From contig NIVC01000530.1 in NCBI GenBank assembly GCA_002269645.1, positions 372,001-436,000 of the forward strand: DNA of 64,000 nucleotides. Direction: 5' to 3'. Origin of the DNA: Macrostomum lignano (taxonomy: Eukaryota). Positions within the stretch are counted from its first letter, which is position 1. The number at the start of each line of letters is the position of its first letter. The notes under the pieces were generated by a model, which saw only the letters and a list, made by a program, of their open reading frames with translations, was not told the DNA's origin and did not search any database. Positions 23,970-43,450 of this stretch are shown here, piece by piece. Made by a program: the position numbers and the translations under genes.

Positions 23970-25505
23970 CCCCCCCGATACCAAAACGATTGACGGTATT
24001 CCCCTATTCCCCTATCCCCAGTAAGCTGGCGCTGAAGTTCCTCGGGGTCTGGATTGACCGCGGACTTCTTTTCGACAAACATCTGAGCGAAATCAAGGAC
24101 AAAATGCTCCGTCGAACTGCCATCATAAAAGCTTTAGCAAACCGGGATTGGGGATGGGATCGCCTCCTCCTCCTCAAAGTCTACCTGCTTTGGTCGAGTC
24201 GGTGATCTGGCATGCTACATCGGCCTGGACGCCCTGGTTGTCCAAGACTCGCCTGGATGAACTTGACCGCGCCCAAAGGGAGGCGCTGCGCAACATCACC
24301 GGCCTGCCACGATCGACCCCCACGGAAGCTATCCACCTGGAGGCTCAGGTCGACCCTATCAGCGTTGAGGCCCGCAGGCGTGCTCTGCTCACCTACGAGA
24401 AAGCCATCCGTCGCCCTCTCAGCGACCTGTTTCGCCAGATCTGTGAAAAACACTCGAACGTCCGACTCGCGGCCAACAGAGGCCTGCGCGAACAAGCGAG
24501 GCGCATCTGCGACTCCATGATGCCGCTCCCGCGCATGCCCTTCCACCTTACACGCCGTCCACCCAGGACCTCACTCGTCGACCAGGGCATCAACTGTTTC
24601 ACCGACCTGCCAGACCTGGGAGCCACTTCGACTGAACAAACTCTTGCAGCCATTGAGCAACGCTGCCCAGGATCCTGCACCTACTACACCAATGGCTCGG
24701 CCACCGGAGGGGTCGAAAACGGCGAGCCGCTTGGATCCTCCTCGATCATGATGGCACCAGCCATCGCCGCGGGCACGCAGCAGCTGGTCGCTGGTGCAAC
24801 TCCTACGAAGCCGAATTAATGGCCATCAAGCTCGCCCTGGAAAAAATTATCAGCTCCGAACCGCGCCATGCCGTCATACTGACCGACAGCCAGAGCGCCA
24901 TCGCCGCCATCAAGGCTGACCGTCCAACCCTCAACCTGCGGCTTGAGCAAGTTAAAGATCTCCTCGCTAACGCAGCCATGCACACGAAGATCACCCTGCA
25001 ATGGGTTCCGGGACATTCGGGAGTGCCCGGTAACGAACTGGTCGACGCAGAGGCCAAGCTCGCGGCCACACTGCCTCAAGACGAGTCCGAAATTTGCCTT
25101 GCAGCTGCTAAAGAGCGCATCCGCCATCATCTCAAGTACCGCCCAACCCTTCATGGGCACTTGGCCGAGGTCTATGGTAAAACGATCTCCTTCCATCAGG
25201 GACCGCGTCGCCAACAAATCCTCGTGGCGCAGGTCAGAGCAGGCCACTGCCCTGACTCCAACTATTATCGCAACCGCACCGACATCACCGAAGGCGGCCC
25301 CTGCTGACTTTGCCTGGCTGTTCCGGACCAATTTCACCTCTGGACCTGCCCTAAGCTCGAAGCTAATCGTCGCAACATCGGCGTCACTAGTCTGAGTGAC
25401 TTTGCACGTGGTGACTTGGTGGCGAAGCTCCTGGGAGCCGTCGACTGGCGGCCCCTGTGAGTTGCTCACCGCAGAGAACAACAACAACAACAACAGCAAC
25501 AGCAA
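23970..25505 (+). mobile_element. 5'-truncated RNase H-bearing LINE, copy B
   Basis: Near-identical to 6425-7963 with the same flanks and an extra 1-bp frameshift near 24726. Confidence 0.9.
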
Positions 25506-28500
25506 AAAGACGACCCAGCTGACAACGACGAGGTCGAAAGTCAGCGACTGCTGGACGCTAGGAATCGGGGCGAACTGCCTCCAAAAGGAACGGCCAAACG
25601 TTTGCGAGCTCTGTTTAGCAATTGCCGCCGCTCATGGGATTAAGGGTCGGTTTGATGCTTTTAGACCTTTAGATACGCTCGTAGTATCTGGATCGAGATT
25701 ATTTATGCATCCATAGCTCGGATAATTTTTAATCCTGGGATCGCATCATTTTAAAATGTAATTGGGGCTATCCAATCCAGGTTACTCTAAAGGAAGTTCC
25801 TGCTTTGTCTACATACACAGAAATCCAGATATCCTTGTGTTGTCATTTCAAGTTTGTCTACTGAATTATTCTGCAATTTACTCTCGCACTTCTTGTAAAC
25901 CTCAAATGAACCTTTTACTCGTCCAATATCGTGTATACTAAAAATGAGTCCAACGAAACTTTGAGTAGCATGACGCATAATCACGTTTTACCAATAAAAA
26001 TGCAAAAAAATTTGCTACTGAATGCGCGCTGTTAAAACAGCCTTGAAATTAATTGCTGATATTGCTGATCATTTTTTCTTGCAATCATTGTTTGTTTTAC
26101 ACAAAAACAACCCCACCTAATCATGGCCAGCTTGTATATATGCGTTCTATTTTTCGCGTAATTTGGTAAATTTAAATCTGGAGCTGGATAATTTTGCTTG
26201 TTATATATTTTCATATTTTTTACTTATCCTTTTACTTTCCAATAGAATTATGCCGCTGCCTTGAAGATTCTAAATGTAATCATGCGTTCATTTAGTTAAA
26301 TTACTATTAATTTTGACATAAAGTGGTGTTTACTTAGTATCTCTCTCATCATTCTAGTAGGAGTCTATCATTTAGTCCATGCTTGAAATTAACCCGAATT
26401 AGTATGTTCGTGCAATAACAATCCTTCATCTATCTGGTGTCTGTGGCGCATTGTTAGAAGATCATCACGGCAAGGCCGCTAAGGGAAAATTACTTTCAAA
26501 TGGAAATCAGCCTCTGTTAGATGGTTTCATGGTCCGCCAAGTTTCAATCATGAATCGCAGAGTCTGGGTGTCATTGATTTTTAAAGTCACGTGAGTAGCA
26601 ATGCACTTTTCTGGTTTGCAACGAGCTTGTTCTGTAATTTTTTATGTAAATGACTCAAGTATGTTACAGAAATTGTATCCAGATTCCCACGAGTAATAGC
26701 TTTAATGTGTTTCTTTTTTATGAATTTCAATGCACTTTCTATCAATGGTCGTATTCGTAATTGGTTGCTTCAGTCAGAGTTTTCTTTATTACTTACCTAA
26801 TTCTTGACATGCTTGATTTAAAAAGAATTTCAAGTGCTTGCATATACCCATGTGTTCTGACTTATTTAATTTCGGATACAGTATATTAATATACCTTTCT
26901 ACGACAGCTCGCTGCTGATGTTTGATTTCATTTTCTTTAGAATGATTCTTGAGACAGAAAAAGGTACATTTATAATCGACAGATGTGCCCTGTCACGGAA
27001 ATAGAAAAAGACACAGTGGGAGTGCAGTCCGAATAGATTTTCTTTCTAACCTGCATTGCAATCTGCAATCTGCAATCTGCATTGCACTCAAACCCCATAT
27101 TGTGAAAGTTCAATTTCAGGACAGCTGCTTGCAAAATAACAAAAGGGGATACTGCAGAAAAAATTTAGAACCATCTTTAAATTTTCTGCCGCTGAGTACA
27201 CACGCTGTATCGTACTATCGGCAAGTATTAAATGCAGTGCACACATCGTGCGCTACACAATAACGTACTTAATCTGTAGCAGTGTACTCTACATTTTCTC
27301 GCAAAACTGCTTTTCTGTGGATCTTCTAAAAATGATATGACGACGGCTTAGTACCTTTTTAGTAGGAAGCGAGCCAAATCTCAAGCCTGAGAATTCTGAA
27401 CAAGGTTACTATCTATAGGCAGGGATGCCATAAAAACAGGCCTTCGCGTGAATCGAAGACACAGGCTTAATCGGTGTACGTTGAAACCGATCTCACCGAT
27501 TAAGCATTATTGGATATTGGAAAGCAAATATAAGGAAAATGTATCATTCTCTGAGCTGGTTTCTGGTCATAGGCGTGCTTAGTTCACTGGTCTCCAAGTA
27601 AGTGCAGCATCTGAACTGATTAAATTGAATGATGCACTAAAATGTACCAAATGTATCGATAGCTAATATAAGTTAGTCATTCTGTCCCACTCTTGCAGTA
27701 AATATACCAGCGTATTAACTTTGCTTTTCTTGACTCATAGCAGCACTAATAATCTGGAACTCAGAATTATATGTCAAGAGGCTTTGGACAGCCCAGATAG
27801 GGAAATTTGCATAGGCATTTAGCCCGTTTTCTCCTCACGCGTTTTTCAGCTCCAGAAAATAAGATTGCTACCAAAAAATTGCATAAATAGTGTTAAGCCT
27901 GAGTTTTTTTACCTAGCTCAAATTCTTGCCACTGGGTTCTTTCTAAAGGAACCATATACTTCTTGTACTTCTAAAGGAAGTACAATTACAGAAATGCTCC
28001 AACCGGTAGCTACTGAATTAGCATCTCAAAAAGAGAACCTTGCTCTAAACAATTGACATGCAAAAGAGCTATCAAAATATAGCGGCTAGATTCCGTGTAT
28101 ATGGCATCGTTTGAATTGGAATTACATTGGACTTTTTGGGAATGCTTCTGAGCAATCTAAAAACAGATATGGGGCTCAAATTTTAGTAGCAAATTTACGT
28201 AGTGGCTTTTAACACTTCTTTATCAGAAACTGTCGTTTTTACATACGAGTGTACGCCTGTTGATAAAAGTACTTTAAGATACGAGCGTACTACGAGTACT
28301 TTGAGAAGTAGAGAAGATCGAGATTGCCTGTTCGCAAAAAGCACCTGGAAACAACAAAAAGGCTCCAAATCTCATGCTTTACTCCAATCTCGCAGATTAT
28401 CATTCAATGTTAAAGGACCGATATAAGGAGTATACGTATAAGGAGTGAATAAGGGTATAAGGGTGAAATCTGAAATAATATTGGAAAAAGAACCCCATAA

Positions 28501-28999
28501 TAAAAAAATAATTCCCAATGCGTGCTGCCGCATGTTAGTCTCTACCCCACACCAAGATTCGACAAATATGCACTTTACAATACGCTCGTTCCTTGCTCAT
28601 AGTACGGCTAATCATTTGGAACCCAGCGAATTACAGTGGCAAATTAAATTATTACAGTGGCGGGCGGCTTTGGAGAGTGACCCGAATTGAGAAAATTTAG
28701 GGTAGATATTAAGCCAATGATTTCAGGCCATCAGCAGCCTAAATAAAAACTAATAGCTTAAGTAAATTGTTCTTTCAGTCTTCAAATCTCTTTCAATTCA
28801 CCTAGTTGCCTACTTTGTATCGAATATTTAAACTGACTAATTTTGTACATTTTGGCAGTAACTTACAAGCGTAATGCTCTTTCGTCACCCAGGTATTTAT
28901 GACCACCTGAAAAGCATCCTAAGGTCTGATTTTTACGGTCGAATGGAAGGCTTTGACGATAAAATGCAGTCTTAAGTTGGGTGCATAGCTTTGGCGCAG

Positions 29000-30868
29000 G
29001 TCCTCTGTTGCTTTCTTCCTGTGTATTTGCTTTTATGTACCGTATTGGAGTAAAGGGGCAAGTTTTTCCTTAGCTGTGTTGGGCATGGTTGTTCAATAAC
29101 GCTGCGAGCTAGAATGTGATTTGAGTACGTGCTCAGGATGAGGATCATGGTACAGGTGTAAACATTGGAACTTACTCAACGCATGGACTTCGTATATGTA
29201 TTCCAGAAATTTCGCAGCGAATCACTACTGCATACGCGACCTTACGTTAGGTCTGCTAATTGATGAGTTCTACCACCGTGACGAGCTGCTTATACCACGC
29301 GTTCTTGGCATGTCCTCTCAAAGCCAGTTCCAAATAAAATGTATATGGGACATCAGACTGACGACAGCGAAGGTCGGCATGCAGCTCGTGATTGCAGCGG
29401 TGCCCAGCAAGAAACACCGATCGACAGCTGCCGATAGAAAAGCCAAAATGTCGGTCGACTTCTTGAACAACGATTCCGTCAGCGTTACGACCGGCATGTT
29501 TCAAGTTCGACCAGCGACAGAGCAGTGAGTACAGCTCAAGCTGATTCTGTTTATCACGTTGAATCGTTAAACTCGATGAATCACAGAAAACTTGGCGACT
29601 TCATTTCAGTCGGCGCTTCACCGTCGATCTCAACTGGGATCCACGAATGCAGAAACCGAGCTCCGACAACCTGAGGATATTGCTGCCGATTCCGAAACAG
29701 TGCGGCCAAGACATGCCGTGGTTTAATGGCAGCTGCTATGCTGTCAGTGCAGTGCGGCAGAGTATGGCTGACGCTACGGATAGCGTTGGAGGCGATGCTC
29801 AGCTGGCCAGCTTCTCCAGAATGGCTGAGATCAGCGAGTTCATCGCTGCTAGTGAGTTATCAGTAGTTGTGTTTGTAGATCGTAACAGAATTGAACTCAA
29901 TTAGGCAACTCAAACACTCGCATCTGCTGTATTCCAGACACGGCAAGGCTGAATGAGTTTCCCTACCGACGGCCTCTGAGCCTACGCCAGCCGGTCCGTC
30001 TCGGCATGTTCCTGAACGCATCCGCTGCCACCGTGCTGACCGTCGTCAGAAGTGACAGCGGCTGCGTGCTGAAGTCTGAAAAGCTCGCAAACATTTCGTA
30101 AGCTGTTCGATTTGTACACAGCTTGAACTCAAAATAGAATGCATCTAATTATTTGCTTGTACAGTAGACAATCCTTATTTGCTGTTTCAATTCAATTGAT
30201 ATCAAATTCAATGTGCTTTCAGAGCGACTGGCCGAGAGAAAGGTCCGTGCCTCTCTCTCAGAGTGACCGAGTCCGACAGAGCGGTGGTCGAGTTCGGCGA
30301 CTGCGGCAGCCCGATGCTGTCGCTGCTGAGCTTCCCGGATACTGCGCGCTCCGTGCCGAGCTCAGCAGCGCACTGCAGCGGCAGCGAGCTGGCGACTCTT
30401 CTGGATCGGCTTCAGAGTCGCTTTGCGGATGCCGAGTCCAGTCCAGAGTTTTCTGCTCAAGGGAAAAATAATTCGGCTAGAGAAGGAAATGAGTCATTTT
30501 TCCAGAAGAATCAGGCTTTTATCTATCCTGCCATTATCGTTGGTGCACTGCTGCTGATTGCTGTCTTTGTGGTGCTGGCAGTCGCGATGAAGCGTCGACG
30601 GCGACGGCGTTCTCAGCTGAAAGAATCAAATCCTGAGTCTGTCGTCTTTCATCTACTTGGTGTCCGACGTTCAGTGTCCACTCGCTTTGATCGCGACGAG
30701 GTCACTGACCGAGGCACCTCGGCCGTCGTATTGTTAGAAGATCATCACGGGAAGGTCGCTAAGGAAAAATTACTTTCCAAGGGAAATCAACCTCTGTTAG
30801 ATGGTCCGCTAAGTTTACGTCGTGAATCGCAGACTTTTGATGTCATTGATTCGGACATTGCTGTTTGA
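29000..30868 (+). CDS. CUB-like/CTLD-like receptor, type X1, copy B: join(29000-29049 candidate,29207-29524,29610-29851,29938-30097,30223-30868)
   Basis: Same exon phases as X1-A. WFNGSCY, EFGDCGSPMLSLL, TM IIVGALLLIAVFVVLAVAM, then KRRRRRR and a long tail unrelated to that of X1-A. Confidence 0.75.
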
Positions 30869-32378
30869 TTTTTTATGGTTGCGTGAGAATGTCATGTTTT
30901 GGTTCTGCACCGAGCCTGTTCTGTTAAATGGACAGCTCTCACATTGACTTCTTAAACTGGCACAGTGCAGCTCGTGCAGCATCACCGACCAGTCATGCGA
31001 GTCAGCCAGTCAGTCAGGAATAAATGTTAAAATTCTAGTCAAGTTCATTCACTCTTCTGCTTGTGACGCTTGCTATTCAGTCGGTGATGCTTTGACTGTT
31101 TACTTAATATGCTTGAATTACCAAAGCTTGTAATAGACACAGTCAATGTTTAAAACTCGATCGTACATGTATTGAATATTTTATGGTGCAACACTTCGAC
31201 ACAAATATTTACAATGATTTTAAAAATAAAATTTATAGCTATTTACTTTCTGCACTGGAGATGCTTTGGAGTTGCTTAATGAGCGTGCGAGTATGCAGTT
31301 TATTTTGTTGGTAAATTTTTAGTTCTAAATATATTAAAAGTATTAGCTAATGCCCTCTGACCCCTCTCTTCTTTTTTTATCTTTATACTGTGTATAGCTA
31401 GCTATATATTATATATCTAACATTTCATATGTAAGCATGCAGTTTTTTATTTTGTAGTAGTTTTTGCTGAAAGCAATGCCTCCTAGTTTTCCGAAACTTT
31501 CCGCCCGTTGTCTTGAAGAGTTTATAACTGGCTGACAATGTCTACAAATTATGACTTTTTCGCTTTTTTAATTGATTTTACTCTAGCCTTAATACAGACT
31601 TAATTCAGATTATTACTGATTCTTGGCAGTGTATATTTTTGTTTGAGATTTTAGCTGACAGTTTTTACCGGTTTATTAAGCTTATAATTAAAGCATATTA
31701 TTCGAATTAAGAATTTAAATTATTGATGCGCTTTAATTTTCAGTTATGTATTATTGATGCCTTACTTTTATAAACCAAATAAACCTCACTGAAGTAAATG
31801 AGTATCACTACATAAGCTACACATTAGCTAACATAATAGTACATTAAATCTGGAGTCAAATTTTTACATTTGCATGAAAGTTTTCATGCCAATTGAACCC
31901 TAGCTACAGATTTTGTACGCGTTTGGCGAACGCTGCTTTGAACAGTTATTTGTACAGTTAGTTAAAAATAACGTGCAGAGTTATTTTTGGACCAGGCTAG
32001 ATAAAGGGGAACTTTGATTCAATGCAAGCGTCCCCCGTGTTCAGGTGTACATTGCAATGTACATGTTTCTAAAAATAGCAAGCGAAAACACAAAACTATA
32101 CTTGACTCTAAATGTTCCGTATTAGAAGATTTTAATCCGTCATGATTTAATGCAAAGTTCCTACTTTGATTGACTGAAATATCTTGCTTATAAGGCTGCA
32201 TATTCAAAGAATTTTTTGAGAATCTACTCGGTAGGTATCTGAAGAAAACATTTGGCCAAAGAAATTTTGCTTTTAACTGTCGCTTTCCTGGTGAGCCACC
32301 TATGTGAATCAGATTTTCATTGGCACTAGCTGCGAGGAAAAAATCAGTATAATCCGGCCTACATGTTTTACATTTCAG

Positions 32379-34204
32379 ATGCGTGTTCTACCGTGGCATC
32401 TACTAATACTCGCACTTACATGTAGCTCGCTAGTTGCTTTGTAAGTGTTTCTGGTAAAAAATGACTGACATGTTAGAGCCTATTTGACAATGATTGAATA
32501 GTAGTCATTCATTTATTCCTGGCTATTTTTGCACTCATAAATAATGGAAACTGATACAAGTTCCAAGTTATAACTAAGCCTGGCTCTTGTCTCAATTGCA
32601 GAACCAACTCAGCCAATCACTACTGCGTGAACCGGCACACGCTACGACTAGAAATGGACGACTTCCATCACCGGGACGAGACCATAATTCCCTGGCTGCC
32701 TGACGAGACCGAGCACGGCAGGCTGCTGGAGTCGAAGAGGTGCCGCTGGAATGTCAAGCTCAAATCGCCGAAACCCAGTCAGCAGCAGGTTGTCCTCGAA
32801 GGAGTGCCTAGCAGCGCAGGAATGGACAGTTCTGTCTCGGCTAACCAAACGGAGATACCGCTAGAAATTCTGGGAATCAGTGCTCATGCTTCCCAGGCTG
32901 TAGGCTTTGGCACGTGGCGTGTGATTGCGCTGAATAAAATGTAATAATTTTTGTTCATAAAACATGAATAGAGCCAATTTCACCCGGGTTCTTATATTAT
33001 TACCAAATTTGCTGTTACCTCGCCACACCTTAACCCAACAGGGAGTTCTTCTCCGTCAGAGCAAATTATAATCCTAGGCGGCAAAAAATGCAGCTGAAAA
33101 AGCTCAGGATTGCCATGCCACTTCCTAGAGTCTGCAGTCGAGGCATGCTCAACTATAACGGCAGCTGCTACGCTTTGAGTGCGGTCAGACAGAATTTAAC
33201 CGACGCAATGTCCAGCATCAGAGGCGATGCTCAGCTGGCCAGCTTCTCCAGCATGTCTGAGATCAGCGAGTTCATCGCTGCCAGTGAGTTGAGGTGAATG
33301 CTATACTCAGCAACAGCTAAGCCTCCTCTGTGGAGCAGTGTGATAATGTTGAGCATTGGTGATTTATCTGTCACAAGAGTTCATTGATTAGGATCTTAGC
33401 CATGGGAAGGGCGAGGGGGTCCGCGCACGTCCTTCACACGTCCTTGACTTACGTGTCACCTTAAGTACAGCTCAACCAAGTACAGTCAACCCTGACTTAG
33501 CTTAATCCATTATAAAACTTAATGAAAATTATATTTATATCCATTCGGATATTCCAGACAATGCAAAGCTGAATGAGTTCCCCTACAGGCGGCCCCTGAG
33601 CCTGGGCCAGCCGGTCCGTCTCGGCATATTTCTCAACTCAACCGATGCCAAAGTGCTGTCCTTAGTCAGAACTGACACCGGCTGTCAGCTGCTACCTGTA
33701 GCTGACTTTGATGAATTCAGGTGAGATTCAAACTAAAGTAAGATTGATTTATGTATTATTTAATTGTAATAAAGTCCTATTGGATGACTTTTCAGAGTGA
33801 CTGGCAGAGTGACAGGCCCGTGTCTGTCTCTGAGAGTGACCGCGTCAAGCAGAGCGGTGATCGAGTTCGGCAACTGCAGCAGCCCGATGCTGTCGCTGCT
33901 GAGCTTCCCGGAGACTCCCAGTTCATTGCTGTGCTTTGAGCAGTGCAACATTAGCGACTCTGTGATCAATCAACTGATAGAGTTTGAGATGTCGACTCCT
34001 CAGTACGCATCTGAGTACTCAATGAATGCTCTGAATTGGAGCACCAGCGCTAATGACACAGTGGCATATTTTGATGGCGACTTTCGATACCTTATCTTCA
34101 TCTTAATGGGAGTGAGCTGCATTAGCATGACTTTATGGCTGTTATCTAAATTGCGTCAGTCAGCAGCAAACCAGTCTGACTATCTTTCAATAGTCACAGC
34201 ATAA
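32379..34204 (+). CDS. CUB-like/CTLD-like receptor, type X2, copy C (intact, no TE stack): join(32379-32440,32602-32940,33042-33283,33558-33720,33796-34204)
   Basis: Signal peptide MRVLPWHLLILALTCSSLVA, canonical phased splice sites, TM, and a short tail ending SDYLSIVTA. Confidence 0.8.
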
Positions 34205-34760
34205 ACCTGTAGTGCCAAAGTTTTATTATTTAATAAAAGTACAATCAAGGTTTCAATATCCAGATGTTGTCGGTTCCATTTATTATTATTCCATTTATTT
34301 TTGTAGAATTCCATTTATTAGTGCATATTTGAATATTGATTTTGATGTATCAAGCAAACATTTTTATTGGCATAATGTGCACAGCACAGGGACAACAAAA
34401 AATATTTTTTGTAAATATTTAAAGTATAAAATCACTTCGCGCAAAAAATATTAAAAATTTACTAATGTTATCAATCCAGTATGCATATTTGGATCTACAC
34501 TTGTTGAAGTAACGTTCGAAGCTTGCAGCAAAATACACTGAAAATAAGTCTGGCCTACTCAGATTCAGTAGTGTAGAATGCTCTCGATTTTTATCTCTTA
34601 GTGTTTTGCGGATTTGTTTTACTTTTTAAAAAACTTTAATGAACAACAATGTGGGGAAAAGAGGGTAAAATGTAAAAAAATATATGACAGAATCAATAGG
34701 TCACACTCTGTCACACAGCACAGAAGTTAAGCAATGCAAATTGTGTTTTATCTGCTAGCA

Positions 34761-35330
34761 CCCCTGGTGCTAAAGCCCCTGGTGCTAAATCCCCTGGTGC
34801 TAAAGCCCCTGGTGCTAAATCCCCTGGTGCTAAAGCCCCTGGTGCTAAAGCCCCTGGTGCTAAAGCCCCTGGTGCTAAAGCCCCTGGTGCTAAAGCCCCT
34901 GGTGCTAAAGCCCCTGGTGCTAAAGCCCCTGGTGCTAAAGCCCCTGGTGCTAAAGCCCCTGGTGCTAAAGCCCCTGGTGCTAAAGCCCCTGGTGCTAAAG
35001 CCCCTGGTGCTAAAGCCCCTGGTGCTAAAGCCCCTGGTGCTAAAGCCCCTGGTGCTAAAGCCCCTGGTGCTAAAGCCCCTGGTGCTAAAGCCCCTGGTGC
35101 TAAAGCCCCTGGTGCTAAAGCCCCTGGTGCTAAAGCCCCTGGTGCTAAAGCCCCTGGTGCTAAAGCCCCTGGTGCTAAAGCCCCTGGTGCTAAAGCCCCT
35201 GGTGCTAAAGCCCCTGGTGCTAAAGCCCCTGGTGCTAAAGCCCCTGGTGCTAAAGCCCCTGGTGCTAAAGCCCCTGGTGCTAAAGCCCCTGGTGCTAAAG
35301 CCCCTGGTGCTAAAGCCCCTGGTGCTGGCG
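34761..35330 (+). repeat. 15-bp minisatellite (CCCCTGGTGCTAAAG) x about 37
   Basis: Nearly perfect array. The paralogous sites near 6379 and 23906 have only 1 and 2 units. Confidence 0.97.
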
Positions 35331-35509
35331 CTAAAGCCCTTGGTTACGCCCCCCCCCGATACCGAAACGATTGACGGTATTTTTTTATACTTTGGTGGTT
35401 CTACTGAGTCTTCAGTGGAAACGCTAGCTTTATGCCACTGTGCCGCGTGACAGCTCGAGTTAGTTACGAGGATTTTCTTTCCGTTTCTCATAGTCAAACT
35501 GTCAGTCTG

Positions 35510-42345
<6,836 letters not shown>

Positions 42346-42847
42346 AGTTATTGTAGCTTGTAATTTGAAATTTCGTATAACAGCAAAGTTTCTGTGGATA
42401 ATTGGACTTCTAATTCAGCTTTATACTAATATGTTAGTTTTACACTGAAGCATTGAAGATGCCTTGAGGCAGATAGCAGACCCTACACAGTCAAGCAGCA
42501 GAATCCTCTTGGAACGGAAAAATCTTGCAGGGACGCGAGAGAGAGAGAGAGAGAGAGAGGGGGGTAGAGGGAGAGAGAGAGAGAGAGGGGGGTAGAGGGA
42601 GAGAGAGAGAGAGAGAGATCTTGTTGTAGATGTGCAGCTTAAGATACGTGTAAATATCCGCAGTTTATGACCGGAAGAGCGATATTAATTTTCTTTTGAT
42701 GCTGACAACAACCTTGGCACCCGATCATCTAGCAAATAAGTCTGCCTGCTGCACTTGTAAACAGATTACTGATGCAATTTTTTATTTGATTGTTCATATT
42801 CTAACTTGGCAATGCGCAAAATATTCACCAAGTATACAAATTGCAAA

Positions 42848-43450
42848 ATCGGTCAGTGACAGGTGAGAATCGGTCAGTAACAGGTGAGAATTGGTCAGGG
42901 ACAGGTGAGAATCGGTCAGGGACAGGTGAGAATCGGTCAGGGACAGGTGAGAATCGGTGAGTGGCAGGTGAGAATCGGTCAAGGACAGGTGAGAATCGGT
43001 CAGAGACAGGTCAGAATCGGTCAGTGACTGGTGAGAATCGGTCAGTGACAGGTGAGAATCGGTCAGTGACAGGTGAGAATCGGTCAGGGACAGGTGAGAA
43101 TCGGTCAGTGACAGGTGAGAATCGGTGACGGTCAGGGACAGGTGAGAATCTGTGAGTGGCAGGTGAGAATCGGTCAGTGACTGGTGAAAATCGGTCAGTG
43201 ATTGGTGAGAATCGAAGACGGTCAGGGACAGGTGAGAATCGGTGAGTGGCAGGTGAGACTCGGTCAGTAACAGGTGAGACTCGGTCAGGGACAGGTGAGA
43301 ATCGGTCAGGGACAGGTGAGAATCGGTGAGTGGCAGGTGAGAATCGGTCAAGAAAAGGTGAGAATCGGTCAGTGACAGGTGAGAATCGGTCAGTGACAGG
43401 TGAGAATCGGTCAAGGACAGGTGAGAATTGGTCAGGGACAGATACGAATT
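42848..43450 (+). repeat. 21-bp minisatellite (GGTGAGAATCGGTCAGTGACA)
   Basis: Direct inspection. Confidence 0.96.

Larger units (their letters stand above)
1..35385 (+). other. Tandem segmental array, period about 17.5 kb (units A, B and truncated C)
   Basis: Landmarks are offset by about 17.4-17.5 kb: LTR 4768 vs 22299, X1 exon 11707 vs 29207, X2 start 14987 vs 32379. Confidence 0.9.
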
